From: Anaeramoeba ignava BMAN
Taxonomy: Eukaryota; Protista; Anaeramoebae
Direction of reading: 5' to 3'
DNA length: 64,000 nt
Assembly: GCA_028826165.1 (NCBI GenBank)
Contig: JAPDFW010000070.1
Location: 1,116,001-1,180,000 of the forward strand
Positions 40,590 to 52,639 of the stretch are shown in pieces. The notes below the pieces were generated by a model. It worked only from the letters and a program-made list of their open reading frames with translations, was not told the DNA's origin and made no database searches. Both the position numbers and the translations under genes were made by a program. The stretch's first letter is position 1. Every line of letters begins with the position of its first letter.

Positions 40590-42080
40590 TGGATTTTAAT
40601 TTTGATTTTAATTTTGATTTTAATTTTGATTTTAATTTTGATTTTAATTTAAAATTGATTTAGAATTGATTTGGAATTAATTTGGAATTAATTTAGAATT
40701 AATTTAAAATTAATTTAGAATTGATTTAGAATTGATTTAGAATTAATTTAGAATTGATTTAGAATTAATTTAGAATTAATTTGGAATTGATTTAGAATTG
40801 ATTTGGAATTGATTTAGAATTAATTTAAAATTGATTTAGAATTAATTTAGAATTGATTTAGAATTAATTTAAAATTGATTTAGAATTAATTTAAAATTGA
40901 TTTAGAATTGATTTAGAATTAATTTAAAATTAATTTAGAATTGATTTGGAATTAATTTAGAATTAATTTAGAATTGATTTAGAATTGATTTGGAATTAAT
41001 TTGGAATTAATTTAGAATTAATTTAAAATTAATTTAGAATTGATTTAGAATTGATTTAGAATTAATTTATAATTAATTTTGATTTTAATTTTAATTTTGA
41101 TTTTTAATTTAAAATTGATTTAAAATTAATTATAAATAATTAAATTGATTTGACGATTTGAAAATTTGGAATGATTTGAATTAATTTGAGATTCAATTTT
41201 GATTTTTTAAAAATTAATTTAAAAATTTGAATTAATTTAAAATTTGATTTAAATCAATATTTTTGATTTTAGAATTAATTTTTCTTTGAATTTTATTTAA
41301 ATTAATTTAAAATTGAAACAAAATTGATTTAAAAGTAATTAGACAAAAAGAAGAAAAAGCAAAAATTAATTTAAATTAAGAGGGAATAAAAAAAAAAATA
41401 AAAAGAAAAAGAAAAAATTGATTTGAAATCAATTTAAAATTTTAAAATTTAGAAATTGAAAGAAATTTAAAAAAATTTAAAATTAAATTTTTAAATTTAA
41501 AAAATTTAAAATTGATTTAAAAATTTTAAAATTGATTTAAAATTTGATTTAAAATTGATTTTAAAAAATTTAAAATTAATTTAAAATTTAAAATTAAATT
41601 TAAAATTAATTTAAATTAATTTAGAAATTTAGAAATTTAGAATTAATTTGAATTGATTTAGAAATTGATTTAGAAATTGATTTAAAATTGATTTAAATTG
41701 AAAAAAATTTTAAAATTAATTTAAAATTGATTTGAATTGATTTAGAATTAATTTAGAATTAATTTAGAATTAATTTAGAATTAATTTAAAATTGATTTAG
41801 AATTAATTTAAATATTAAAATAAATAATTAATTAAAAAGTGGAATTTGAATTGATTTAGAATTGATTTAGAATTAATTTAGAATTGATTTAGAATTGATT
41901 TAGAATTAATTTAGAATTAATTTAGAATTGATTTGAAATTGATTTAGAATTGATTTAGAATTGATTTAGAATTGATTTGGAATTGATTTAGAATTAATTT
42001 AGAATTGATTTAGAATTGATTTAAATATTAAAATAAATAATAAATTAATTAAAAAGTGGAATTTGAATTAATTTGGAATT
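40590..42080. repeat. 11-mer (TTAGAATTGAT/TTAGAATTAAT) arrays downstream of the kelch gene
   Basis: Direct reading; two blocks around a scrambled middle. Confidence 0.85.
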
Positions 42081-42199
42081 AATTAAAATGACGAAAAATT
42101 TTTAAATAATGAGTAATTTTGGATTTTTATTTTTTTTTTGTTTTTTTTTTTTTTTCATTTTTTTTTCCTCTTCTTTCTTTAAAATTTATTTTTATTAAA

Positions 42200-45100
42200 A
42201 TGACACAACAAATTGGAACATTTTCAAAGTAAAATAGACAAAAAAAATAAGAAAAAAAAAAAGCAATAAATAATGAATAAAAAAATAAGAGGGAATAAAA
42301 AAGAAAAAATAAAAAAGAAAAAAAGAAAAAAGAAAAAAAATTTTTTTCCTTTTTAAAAATAACGAATCAAACCAATTTAAAATTAAATTTAAAATTAAAA
42401 TTAAAATTAAAATTAAAATTAAAATTAAAATTTAAAATTAAAATTAAAATTAAAATTAAAATTAAAATTAAAATTAAAATTAAAATTAAAATTAAAAATC
42501 AAAATTAAAATTCAATTTAAAATAGAGTTACTTTCAATCGAATATCTGATGCAATTACTATGGGAAAACAATTAAAATTATCAACAAAAGAATTAGTTCC
42601 ATTACCAGAAACTGAAAAAGCAGATTTCTTAGCTGATAAATTTATGTTAAATTTTGAAGAAACAAAGTATAATTAAAATTAAAATTAAAATTAAATTTTT
42701 TAATTTATAAAATAAAAAATTAATTAATTAATTAATTAATTAAAACAAAGATCTGTTCGAAAAGCAATGAGTTCAATTGTTTCATTTTTTTCTTTTGATG
42801 ATGCCTTTTTAATTTTATTCAGAGATATTATGATGTTTATGATTCCTTTATTAGTTCATGCAGTGTATTTAAATTTAAAAATCTAAAAATTTAAAAAAAA
42901 AATTAAATGAGAAAAAAATTTTTTATATTCAAATTTAATTTGAATTTAGAATTCGATTTGTTGATGAAGATGAAAATAAAAATTTTGCAGCTCTTTATAT
43001 TATAGGATATTTTCTTGCATATTTTTTCCAAGGTTTAACTGAAGAACACTTTTTAAATTCAGCATTTAAACATGGAAACAAAGTAAGAACAAAAAATTAA
43101 AATTAAAATTAAATTATAAAATCAAAATTAAAATTAAAATTAAAATTAAAATTAAAATTAAAAATCAATTTAAAATCAAAATTAAAATTAAAATTAAAAT
43201 TAAAATTAAAATTAAAATTAAAATTAAAATTAAAATTAAAAATCAATTTAAAATTAAATTTAAAATCAAAATTAAAATTAAAATTAAAATTAATTTATAA
43301 AATTAAAATTAAAAATAAAATAAAAATTAATTTCAAACTTTCAATTCTTTTTCTATTTTAGATTCGTAGTTGTTTATCTACTGTGGTTTATAATAAACTT
43401 CTCAGAATTCAACCAGTAAATCAAAATCAACTTATGAAATTTAGAGAATTAATTGAAAAAGGATGCAGTGAATTATCAACAATTCCTCAAGATACACAAG
43501 AATTATGGAGTCTTCCAATAGTTGCAATTGCTTCAATTCTTTTATTAGTTTACTATTTAGGACCAGTTTCGTTATCAGGTAATTAAAAATATTTCAAAAT
43601 AATTCAAAATAATCAAAATAATTCAAAATAATCAAAATAATCAAAATAATTAAAAATAATCAAAATATTTAAAATAATAAAAATAATTCAAAATATTAAA
43701 AATATTCAAAATATTCAAAATAATAAAAATATTCAAAATAATAAAAATAATTCAAAATAATCAAAATAATCAAAATAATTAAAATATTTAAAATAATTAA
43801 AATAATCAAAATATTTAAAATATTTAAAATAATTAAAATAATCAAAATAATAAATATTTTTAAATAATTAAATTAGGTTTGGGTATTCTCTTATTATTTA
43901 TCCCAATAATGTTTTGGATTAGTCGAAATAAAGATGGAGATTATCGAGCAATTCTCCCCTTTTCTCAAATTAGATTCAAATATTTTGATTCAATTATAAA
44001 TTCTATCAAAACAGTCAAGATTAATTCTGATGAAGATTTTTATTCAGAAGGACTTAAAGGTAAAAAAAATATTTTTAATTCATTTCATTTTAATTCATTT
44101 TAATTCATTTTAATTTATTTTAATTTATTTTAATTTATCAATTAGGAAGAAGAGATTTAGAATATGATAAGATTAAGAATGCACAAAGTTCAAAAGCATT
44201 GGCTTGGTTCTTTTTTGTAATTAGTAAGTTAAGAAAATATTTTTTTTTGGAAAAAAGAATTTTTATTTAAAATTAATTATTAAAAAAAATTTTATTTTTA
44301 ATATTAGTTCCTGTTGTTTTGATTATTTTGGTTATCATATTCTATGGGATTGAAAGTTCATCTTTTACAGCTAGAGATGTAAATAATTTAAAATATTCAT
44401 TTATTTAAAATATTTATTTATTAAAATATTTATTTAAAATATTTATTTATTTATAATATTTATTTATTTAAAATATTTATTTATTTAAAATATTCATTTA
44501 AAATATTTATTTATAATATTTATTTATAATATTTATAATGTTTAAAATATTTATAATGTTTAAAATATTTATTTATTAAAATATTCATTTATAATATTTA
44601 TTTAAAATATTTATTTATTTAAAATATTCAGGTTTTTACTTCCATTGTCTTGCTCCATATCCTCAAATCAGCAGTAATAATGTATCCACAAACAATTTCA
44701 CGATTTGCTCATTCACAATACGTTTTAAAGCAAATCCAAGAACTCTTATTAATTCCAGATTTCAATTTACAAGAAGACATCACAATTATTATTGATTCAG
44801 AAACAGAATTTGGAAAAATCAACAAAGAGCAAAACATAACCAAAACAGTACAAGAAATGCCCATTTTAAAGCAATCAAACAGATGGATTGATATTGAGGA
44901 TAAAAATAAATACTCACTCAAATACGGAATCAAAATTGATAGCGGAGATGATTCAAGCCCATCAAATCCTGAGTTGATTTCTGATAATAATGAGAGTGAA
45001 AACGAAGATGAAAGCGAAAGTTCACTTGTTGAACCTGAAAGCGATGTTGACAAACTGTATCAAAAAGTTCGACTTGAAGTGTATAATGCAAATTTTGCAC

Positions 45101-48100
45101 GAAACAATCAAGTGGTTTTGAAACAGATCAAATTAGAGTTATTATCAGAGCAATCAATTGGCATTTGTGGCGATTCCAAATCGGGAAAATCAGCAATTCT
45201 TTCAGGGATTATTGCGGCGATCCAAAAAACAAGCGGAAAAGTGAAAATTGACGGGTCTTTATCGTATATTCCTCAGGAACCATGGATCAAACGGGGAAGC
45301 ATTAAGGATAACATCTTGTTCTCAAATATTTATGAAAAGGAAAGATATAATTTTGTGATGAGAATAACAAAACTAAAGGAAGCGCTCAAGGCAGCAAGAT
45401 TATCTGAAAAGTATTTCATTGACAGCAATTCGGATCTATCAAAAGAGCTTCTGCAACGGATCAACTTGGCAAGAGCGTTGTATGCAGACTCAGATATTTA
45501 TCTAATCGACGATTTCATGGGCAATTGGGGATCAAAATCCAGACTCCAAACATTCAACAAATGCTTCAATCAATTCTTAAAAGCCAAAGCAAGAATTATT
45601 GTGACAAACGATTCACAGATTTTGTCGCAGATGGATTTCATCTACGTTCTTCATAAAGGCAAAATTGCGCAAAAGGGAACTTATCAGCAATTGCTGGAAA
45701 GCAAAGGAAAATTCTCAGAGTTGTATGTCAATCAGGAAGAATATCAAAAAAATCTTTATTACCATTTAATTCCTCAAGAAGGAATCTCGAAAGTTTTAAA
45801 ACGGAAAAAAGGAAATCGCGAAAACAACAACAACAATAACGATCAAATGCAATCGTTATCGGATCAAGACGACCAAGATCTCGACAGCAACAAAGATGGG
45901 TCTTCTGTGCCTGAAAAACAGCACGCATTTTTCCTGAAAGGACACGAAATCAGCGGAAAAGTCACTGGATCAATATACCGCAAATACATCTCATACAACG
46001 GCGGTTGTCTCCATTTATTGGTGGTCATTTTCTTCTTGCTTCTTGGTCTTGGCGGCTTCTATGGATCATTTTTCTGGATTGCTGGATGGGCCGAGGAATA
46101 CCAAAACCTTACAGACTCAGGATATATTGGAATCCTTCTTTTCATCAATATTTCCGTTCTCGTTGTTTTGTTTATTCATCCCTTTATTATTTCCACTTCG
46201 AGTTTGCATCTTTCCAAAAAAATCCACGATAAATTAATCACGAAGATCATCAACGCGCCTGTCATTTATTTCCAACGATCGCAAATTGAGAATTTGGAGA
46301 AGATTCTTGGACCGCATTTAAAAATGATTGACACAACCATTGCCAGTTCTGCGAATTCTGCAATTTACTCGTTTATTCAGATCTTTGTTCTGTTTGTTTG
46401 TCTTGTGATTGTGTTTCCCTGGTTTTTGATCCCATCGATTTTCTTTGTGTATTATTACTATCGGACACAATCGAGTTTTGTGAAGACATTGCGCCAAGTG
46501 AAGTATTTAGAATCCTCAGCAGGAAACCAAAGCCGAGTTCATATTGAAGAGACATTCAAAGGGCTTCACATGATCCGATCCTATGAAGCAACGGATGAGT
46601 ATTCGGATAAATACATCCGAAGAGTCGACAACATTTCATCTGTGCTTTTCACTGAAAACTATTTGAATCGTTGGATCTCACTCAGAATGCATTTATTGGG
46701 AACCGTTATGATTACCGTTGTTGCCGTTATTGCTTGTGCTACTCGTGGAGATGTTAATCTTGGAAATCTTGGTGCTGCTCTTGTTTTTGCTTTTTTCCTG
46801 ATTGTTTCTTTGAACTCTTTTGTCAGAATGAAAGCAGAGTTGAGCTATAAAATGCTCCAATTTGGTGAGCTTTTAAGAATCAAAGGATTTGAATGATGAA
46901 ACTACTCTTATTAAATCTCAAAATTCAGAAAATCTTGTTGTTAGAGCTGGTGCTATTGAGTTTAAAAATGTTAAAGTTGAGAATGAAATTCTAAATAAAC
47001 AAGTTTTAAGAGGTCTTTCTTTCCAGATTAAAGGTGGTGAGAATATTGGGATTTGTGGGCCTCATGGTAATTAAATCAAATTAAAAATTAAATTAAATAT
47101 TAAATTAAATTAAAAATTAAATTAAATTAAATTAAATTAAAATTAAAAATTAAAAATTAAATTAAATTAAAAATTAAATTAAAAATTAAATTAAATATTA
47201 AATTAAATTAAATATTAAATATTAAATATTAAATATTAAATATTAAATTAAATTAAATTAAATTAAAAATTAAATTAAATATTAAATTAAATTAAATATT
47301 AAATTAAATTAAAATTAAAAATTAAATATTAAATTAAATTAAATTAAAAATTAAATCAAATATTAAATTAAATATTAAATTAAATATTAAATTAAAAATT
47401 AAATTAAATATTAAATTAAATATTAAATTAAATTAAATTAAATTAAATTAAATTAAATTAAAAATTAAATTAAATTAAATTAAATTAAATATTAAATTAA
47501 ATATTAAATATTAAATATTAAAAATTAAATTAAATTAAATTAAATTAAATTAAATTAAATATTAAATTAAATTAAATATTAAATATTAAATATTAAATTA
47601 AATTAAAAATTAAATTAAATTAAAAATTAAATATTAAATTAAATATTAAATTAAATTAGGAAGCGGAAAATCAACCCTTCTTCAATCCTTATTCAGAATA
47701 TTCGATATCAACCAAGGAGAAATCACAGTAGATGGCCAAGATATTTCTAAAACAGAATTAAAAGAACTTCGAAAACTTTTCATTTACGTTCCATCAACAC
47801 CAACATTTTTCCAAGGAAACATCCGTCAAAACATTGATTTCAAAGGAAGATTCGATGACGATCAAATCTGGGAAGCATTAGAAAAATTGAACATAAAATC
47901 AATCATTTCAGAAATCCCACAAAGACTTTATGGAAATATAGATCAAATCAAACAACTTCCATTACCGTTACAATTCTGCTTCATTTTCACAAGAGTTTTA
48001 CTTAATGACAAACCAAAAATTATTCTTATCGACGAAATTTTTGAGAATATTAACGATCAAAAAATGGAAAAATTCTTGCTCCAAATTATAAAAGATTTCA

Positions 48101-48393
48101 TGAGCCAAAGAACAGTTTTAATCGTAACAAACAGACCTTCAATTTTAATCAGTTTGAAAAGAATTATGGTTCTTCATCAAGGAAAAATTCTCGAATTTGA
48201 TACTCCCGAAAAATTGATTAATAATTCTGGTTCTTCTTTTTATACTCTTGTTAACCAAATTGGTCCAAATGTTGTTGATCGATTCAAAGAATTTGTTAAA
48301 GCTTTCCAAAAAGAAGAAAATGAATTTATTGGCCAAAAACAAGACAATTCAAGTGAAATGATTCTTTCAACTGATTCAGAAGATAACAGATAA
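42200..48393 (+). CDS. ABCC/MRP-family transporter (short form), 10 exons, degenerate NBD motifs
   Basis: Lasso-like N-terminus, TMD1, NBD1 (GDSKSGKS; YIPQEPWI; ARALYADSDIYLIDD), TMD2 (NRWISLRMHLLG) and NBD2 (GPHGSGKST, split by intron 47067-47659; ILEFDTPEKL). 1-nt frameshift at about 46875. Confidence 0.9.
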
Positions 48394-48853
48394 TTTAAAT
48401 CTTTAAATGAATAAATTAATCAATTAATCAATTAATTAATCAATGAATTAATGAATCAATGAATGAATATTGAACTTGTTTTTTTGCTTTTTTTTTTGCT
48501 TTTCCCAAATTGAATTTTTTCTTTTTCTTTTTCTTTTTCTTTCTTTTTTTTCACTTTTTTCTTTTTACAAATGATCTCAATAACAAATCGTTTTATTCAT
48601 TTAAGACAAATTTCAAAAAAAAAAACAATTATTTTTTTATTAAAAAACAAAATTAAAAAGAAGAAAAAAATTTTTTTTTTTCAATTTTTCTCCTTTTTAA
48701 ATTTTTTTTTTCCAATTTTTTATTTTCATTTTTTTTTCATTTTTCAATTTAATAATCTGTAAAAAATAAAAAATAAATAAAAATAAAAATTAAATTAAAA
48801 AATTAAAATTTTTTTTTGCTTTATTTTATTTTATTATTATTATTATGATTTAG

Positions 48854-49489
48854 ATGGACAAACTCGATAAAATTGTAGCAAGACTCGAAGAAATCACTAA
48901 AAGACTTGAAATAGTCGAACAAAAACTATCAGGAAAAACAGGTGAAGTTAAACCAACAACAACAACAAGACGAGGACCAGATCCAGTTGGAGGATGGAAT
49001 GAACAAATTGGGGAACCATTAAACAAACTGATGGAACTTTCAAAGAAACTAGGAGGAGAAGTACAAGAAATTGCAACAATTTTCAAAGAAGGAATAGATG
49101 CAGAACTTGAACTAGTGAAAAAAGCGCAAACAATGAATAAACCAAGTATGGAACAACTTCAACCGCTTTTAACGCCAATTTCTGAAAAAATTATGAAATC
49201 GGGTCAATATAAAGATTCCCATCGTAGAAACTCTAAATTTTTGGATTACATCATGGCTGTTTCAGAAGGAATGGGAATTCTTGGTTGGGTTGCTGTTGAA
49301 CCTGCTCCAGCTCCATTTGCTGAAGATATGTCAAATGGCGGTATTTTTTATGGTAATAAAATCATGATGGCTAATAAGAATAAAAATCAAGATAATTATG
49401 ACTGGGGTCTTGCTGTTAATTCAGTTTATAAAGCTTTTGTTCCTTATATTAAACAATATCATACAACTGGTTTGTCGTGGAAAAAATGA
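48854..49489 (+). CDS. CAP: Cyclase-associated protein, N-terminal half only (RLE oligomerisation motif + helical folded domain)
   Basis: IVARLEEITKRLE motif, AVSEGMGILGWVAVEPAPAPF, FYGNKI and YIKQYHTTGLSW. The stop follows immediately. Confidence 0.85.
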   Translation: MDKLDKIVARLEEITKRLEIVEQKLSGKTGEVKPTTTTRRGPDPVGGWNEQIGEPLNKLMELSKKLGGEVQEIATIFKEGIDAELELVKKAQTMNKPSMEQLQPLLTPISEKIMKSGQYKDSHRRNSKFLDYIMAVSEGMGILGWVAVEPAPAPFAEDMSNGGIFYGNKIMMANKNKNQDNYDWGLAVNSVYKAFVPYIKQYHTTGLSWKK

Positions 49490-49799
49490 TTTCGTGAATT
49501 TTCAAAAAAAAAAATGAAATCCTAAAAACAAAAACACGAAAACACAAAGACATTTTAGCAAAAAACATTTTCGACTTAAATTTCAATTTTAATTTCAATT
49601 TCAATTTCAAAATTTCTCGTTTTTTTTCTTTGCTTTGATTCTTTCAAATTTTAACTTCAAATTCTCAAAAATAAAAAGCAAATAAAAACAAAAACAAAAA
49701 CAAAAACAAAAACAAATTTTTTTTTTCATTTTTATAATTTCATTTTTCTTTTTCTTTTTCTCTTTCTCTTTTTTAAATTTGGTTTTTAAAATAAATTAA

Positions 49800-52506
49800 A
49801 TGGATAACAAAAAGTTATTTTATTAAATTAAATTAAATTAAATTAAATTAAATTTTTTTTTTGCTTTTCGAAAAGAAAACTAATTTTCTATTTAATTTTC
49901 TATTTAATTTTCTATTATTTTGTTCTGTTTTATTTTGTTTATTTAGAAAGAAAAAAGATCAACAACAACAAGTTAAATCTTTTAAAGGTCTTTGGATTTT
50001 TTCAGCTGTACTTGCAACGATGTATTATTTTTCACCATTTTTATTGAAAATTTCTTATCTTTAATTTTTTTTTGAATAAATAAAAAAATAAATAAAAATA
50101 AAAAAAAAATATAAAAATAAAAAATAAGTGGTATCGTTACTTTGATTATTATGCAAACAAGATTCAGACATACTAATAGTGGGAATGTTGAGTATCATGG
50201 AAATGGAAGAGCTTCATTAACTTGTCCTGTTAGAGGCTATTATTATGATGTTTCTCGTCCTGTAAATAAAAAATCAATTTAAATTAAAATTAAAATTAAA
50301 ATAAAAATATAAATCTAAATCTAAATATAAATATAAATCTAAATATAAATATAAATATAAATATAAATATAAATATAAATCTAAATATAAATCTAAATCT
50401 AAATATAAATATAAATATAAATATAAATATAAATATAAATATAAATATAAATATAAATATAAATATAAATATAAATATAAATATAAATATAAATATAAAT
50501 ATAAATATAAATATAAATATAAATATAAATATAAATATAAATATAAATATAAATATAAATATAAATATAAATATAAATATAAATATAAATATAAATATAA
50601 ATATAAATATAAATATAAATATAAATATAAATATAAATATAAATATAAATATAAAAATATAAATCTAAATCTAAATCTAAATATAAATATAAATCTAAAT
50701 CTAAATATAAATATAAAACACAAATATAAATATAAATATAAATATAAATATCAATATAAATATAAATCTAAATCTAAATATAAATATAAATATAAATATA
50801 AATATAAATATTTAATATAAATATAAATATCAATATCAATATAAATATAAATATAAAATAAAAATAAAAATATAAATATAAATAAATATAAACTAAAAAA
50901 TATAAATATAAATATAAATATAAATATAAATATAAATATAAATATAAATATAAATATAAATATAAATATAAATATAAATATAAATATAAATATAAATATA
51001 AATATAAATATAAATATAAATATAAATCTAAATCTAAATCTAAATATAAATATAAATATAAATATAAATATAAACATAAATATAAATACTAAATATAAAT
51101 ATAAATATAAATATAAATATAAATATAAATATAAATATAAATATAAATATAAATATAAATATAAATATAAATATAAATATAAATATAAATATAAATATAA
51201 ATATAAATATAAATATAATTATAAATATAAATATAAATCTAAATATAAATATAAATATAAAAAAATATAAATATAAAATTTTAAATATAAAAAAATCAAC
51301 TAAATATAAATATAAATATAAATATAAATATAAATATAAATACAAAATATAATTTATAAATATAATTAAATTAAATATAAATATAAATATAAAATATAAA
51401 TATAAATATAAAAATATAAATATAAATATAAATATAAAATAAATATAAATCTAAATATAAATATAAATATAAATATAAATATAAATCTAAATCTAAATCT
51501 AAATATAAATATAAAACACAAATATAAATATAAATCTAAATCTAAATCTAAATATAAATATAAATATAAATCTAAATATAAATATCAATATAAATATAAA
51601 TATAAATATAAATATAAATATAAATATAAATATAAATATAAATATAAATATAAATATAAATATAAATATAAATATAAATATCAATATCAATATAAAATAT
51701 AAAATATAAATATAAATATAAATATAAAAATATAAAATATAAATATAAATATAAATATAAATATAAATATAAAAATATAAATATAAATATAAATATAAAT
51801 ATAAATATAAATGTAAATATAAATGTAAATATAAATATAAATATAAATATAAATATAAATATAAATATAAATATAAATATAAATATAAATATAAATATAA
51901 ATATAAATATAAATATAAATATAAATATAAATATAAATATAAATATAAATATAAATCTAAATATAAATCTAAATCTAAATCTAAATCTAAATATAAATAT
52001 AAATTCAAAAATTAAAAAAGAATACAAAAACATGTTGCACATTTTATGATTATTCATGTGGAAAAGATACAATTTGTGATGTTTTATATGTGGATTATTC
52101 GAATCTTTTTATTGATAAAAGTGTAAAATGTACCGATTCACTAGGACTTTTATCATGTTCAGTTATGTCACCATGGGTTAACTGGTTTGCACCAGAAATC
52201 AACGTAGGAGATGTTCCACAAAATCTGAATGTTTGCCAAAGTTTCTGTGATCAAATTTTTGATGATTGTCATGATGCTTCTTTTGATTGCTCAAGTTTTA
52301 ATCCATTTCCAACTGATCAAAGTTGGTGTCCTGATAAAAAAGTATCAAGTATTTTTCCAAGTAATTCAACTGATTTTTGTATTCAAGTCCTTAAAGTTAC
52401 TGTTTCTACTGATTTTACTGCTTGTTTTAATTCTGGAAACTTCCTTTCATTCAATTTCTTTCTTGTTTTTTTTGCTTTGGTTTTCTTAGTTTTATCCAAA
52501 AGTTGA
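49800..52506 (+). CDS. Folate-receptor-family Cys-rich protein, 235 aa, with N-terminal TM and C-terminal GPI-like tail
   Basis: Exons 49800-49813, 49947-50021, 50129-50261 and 52021-52506 splice in frame. Cys pattern [36 protein letters not shown] is typical of Folate_rec. Hydrophobic C-terminus after NSG. Confidence 0.65.
50262..52020. repeat. 1.76-kb intron of (AAATAT/AAATCT)n
   Basis: Direct reading. Confidence 0.9.
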
Positions 52507-52639
52507 TTTTTCTTTTCATCTTTTATCTTTTATCTTTTATCTTCCCTTTTCTTTCTTTCATTCTTTCCTTATTGATTTGTTCATTATTTTCTTTTTTCAA
52601 TAAAAGAAAAATTTTTTTTCTTTTTTCATTAAAACTAAC

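Noticed and set aside
40660-42020. Telomeric repeat or transposon (TTAGAATTGAT)
   Set aside because: It lacks G-runs, is internal and degenerate, and has no terminal inverted repeats, target-site duplication or transposase.
44650-48393. Intein or self-splicing insertion in the ABCC, VPS18 or GDH genes
   Set aside because: No Hint-type C...HN motifs or LAGLIDADG segments were seen; the insertions are simple low-complexity linkers.
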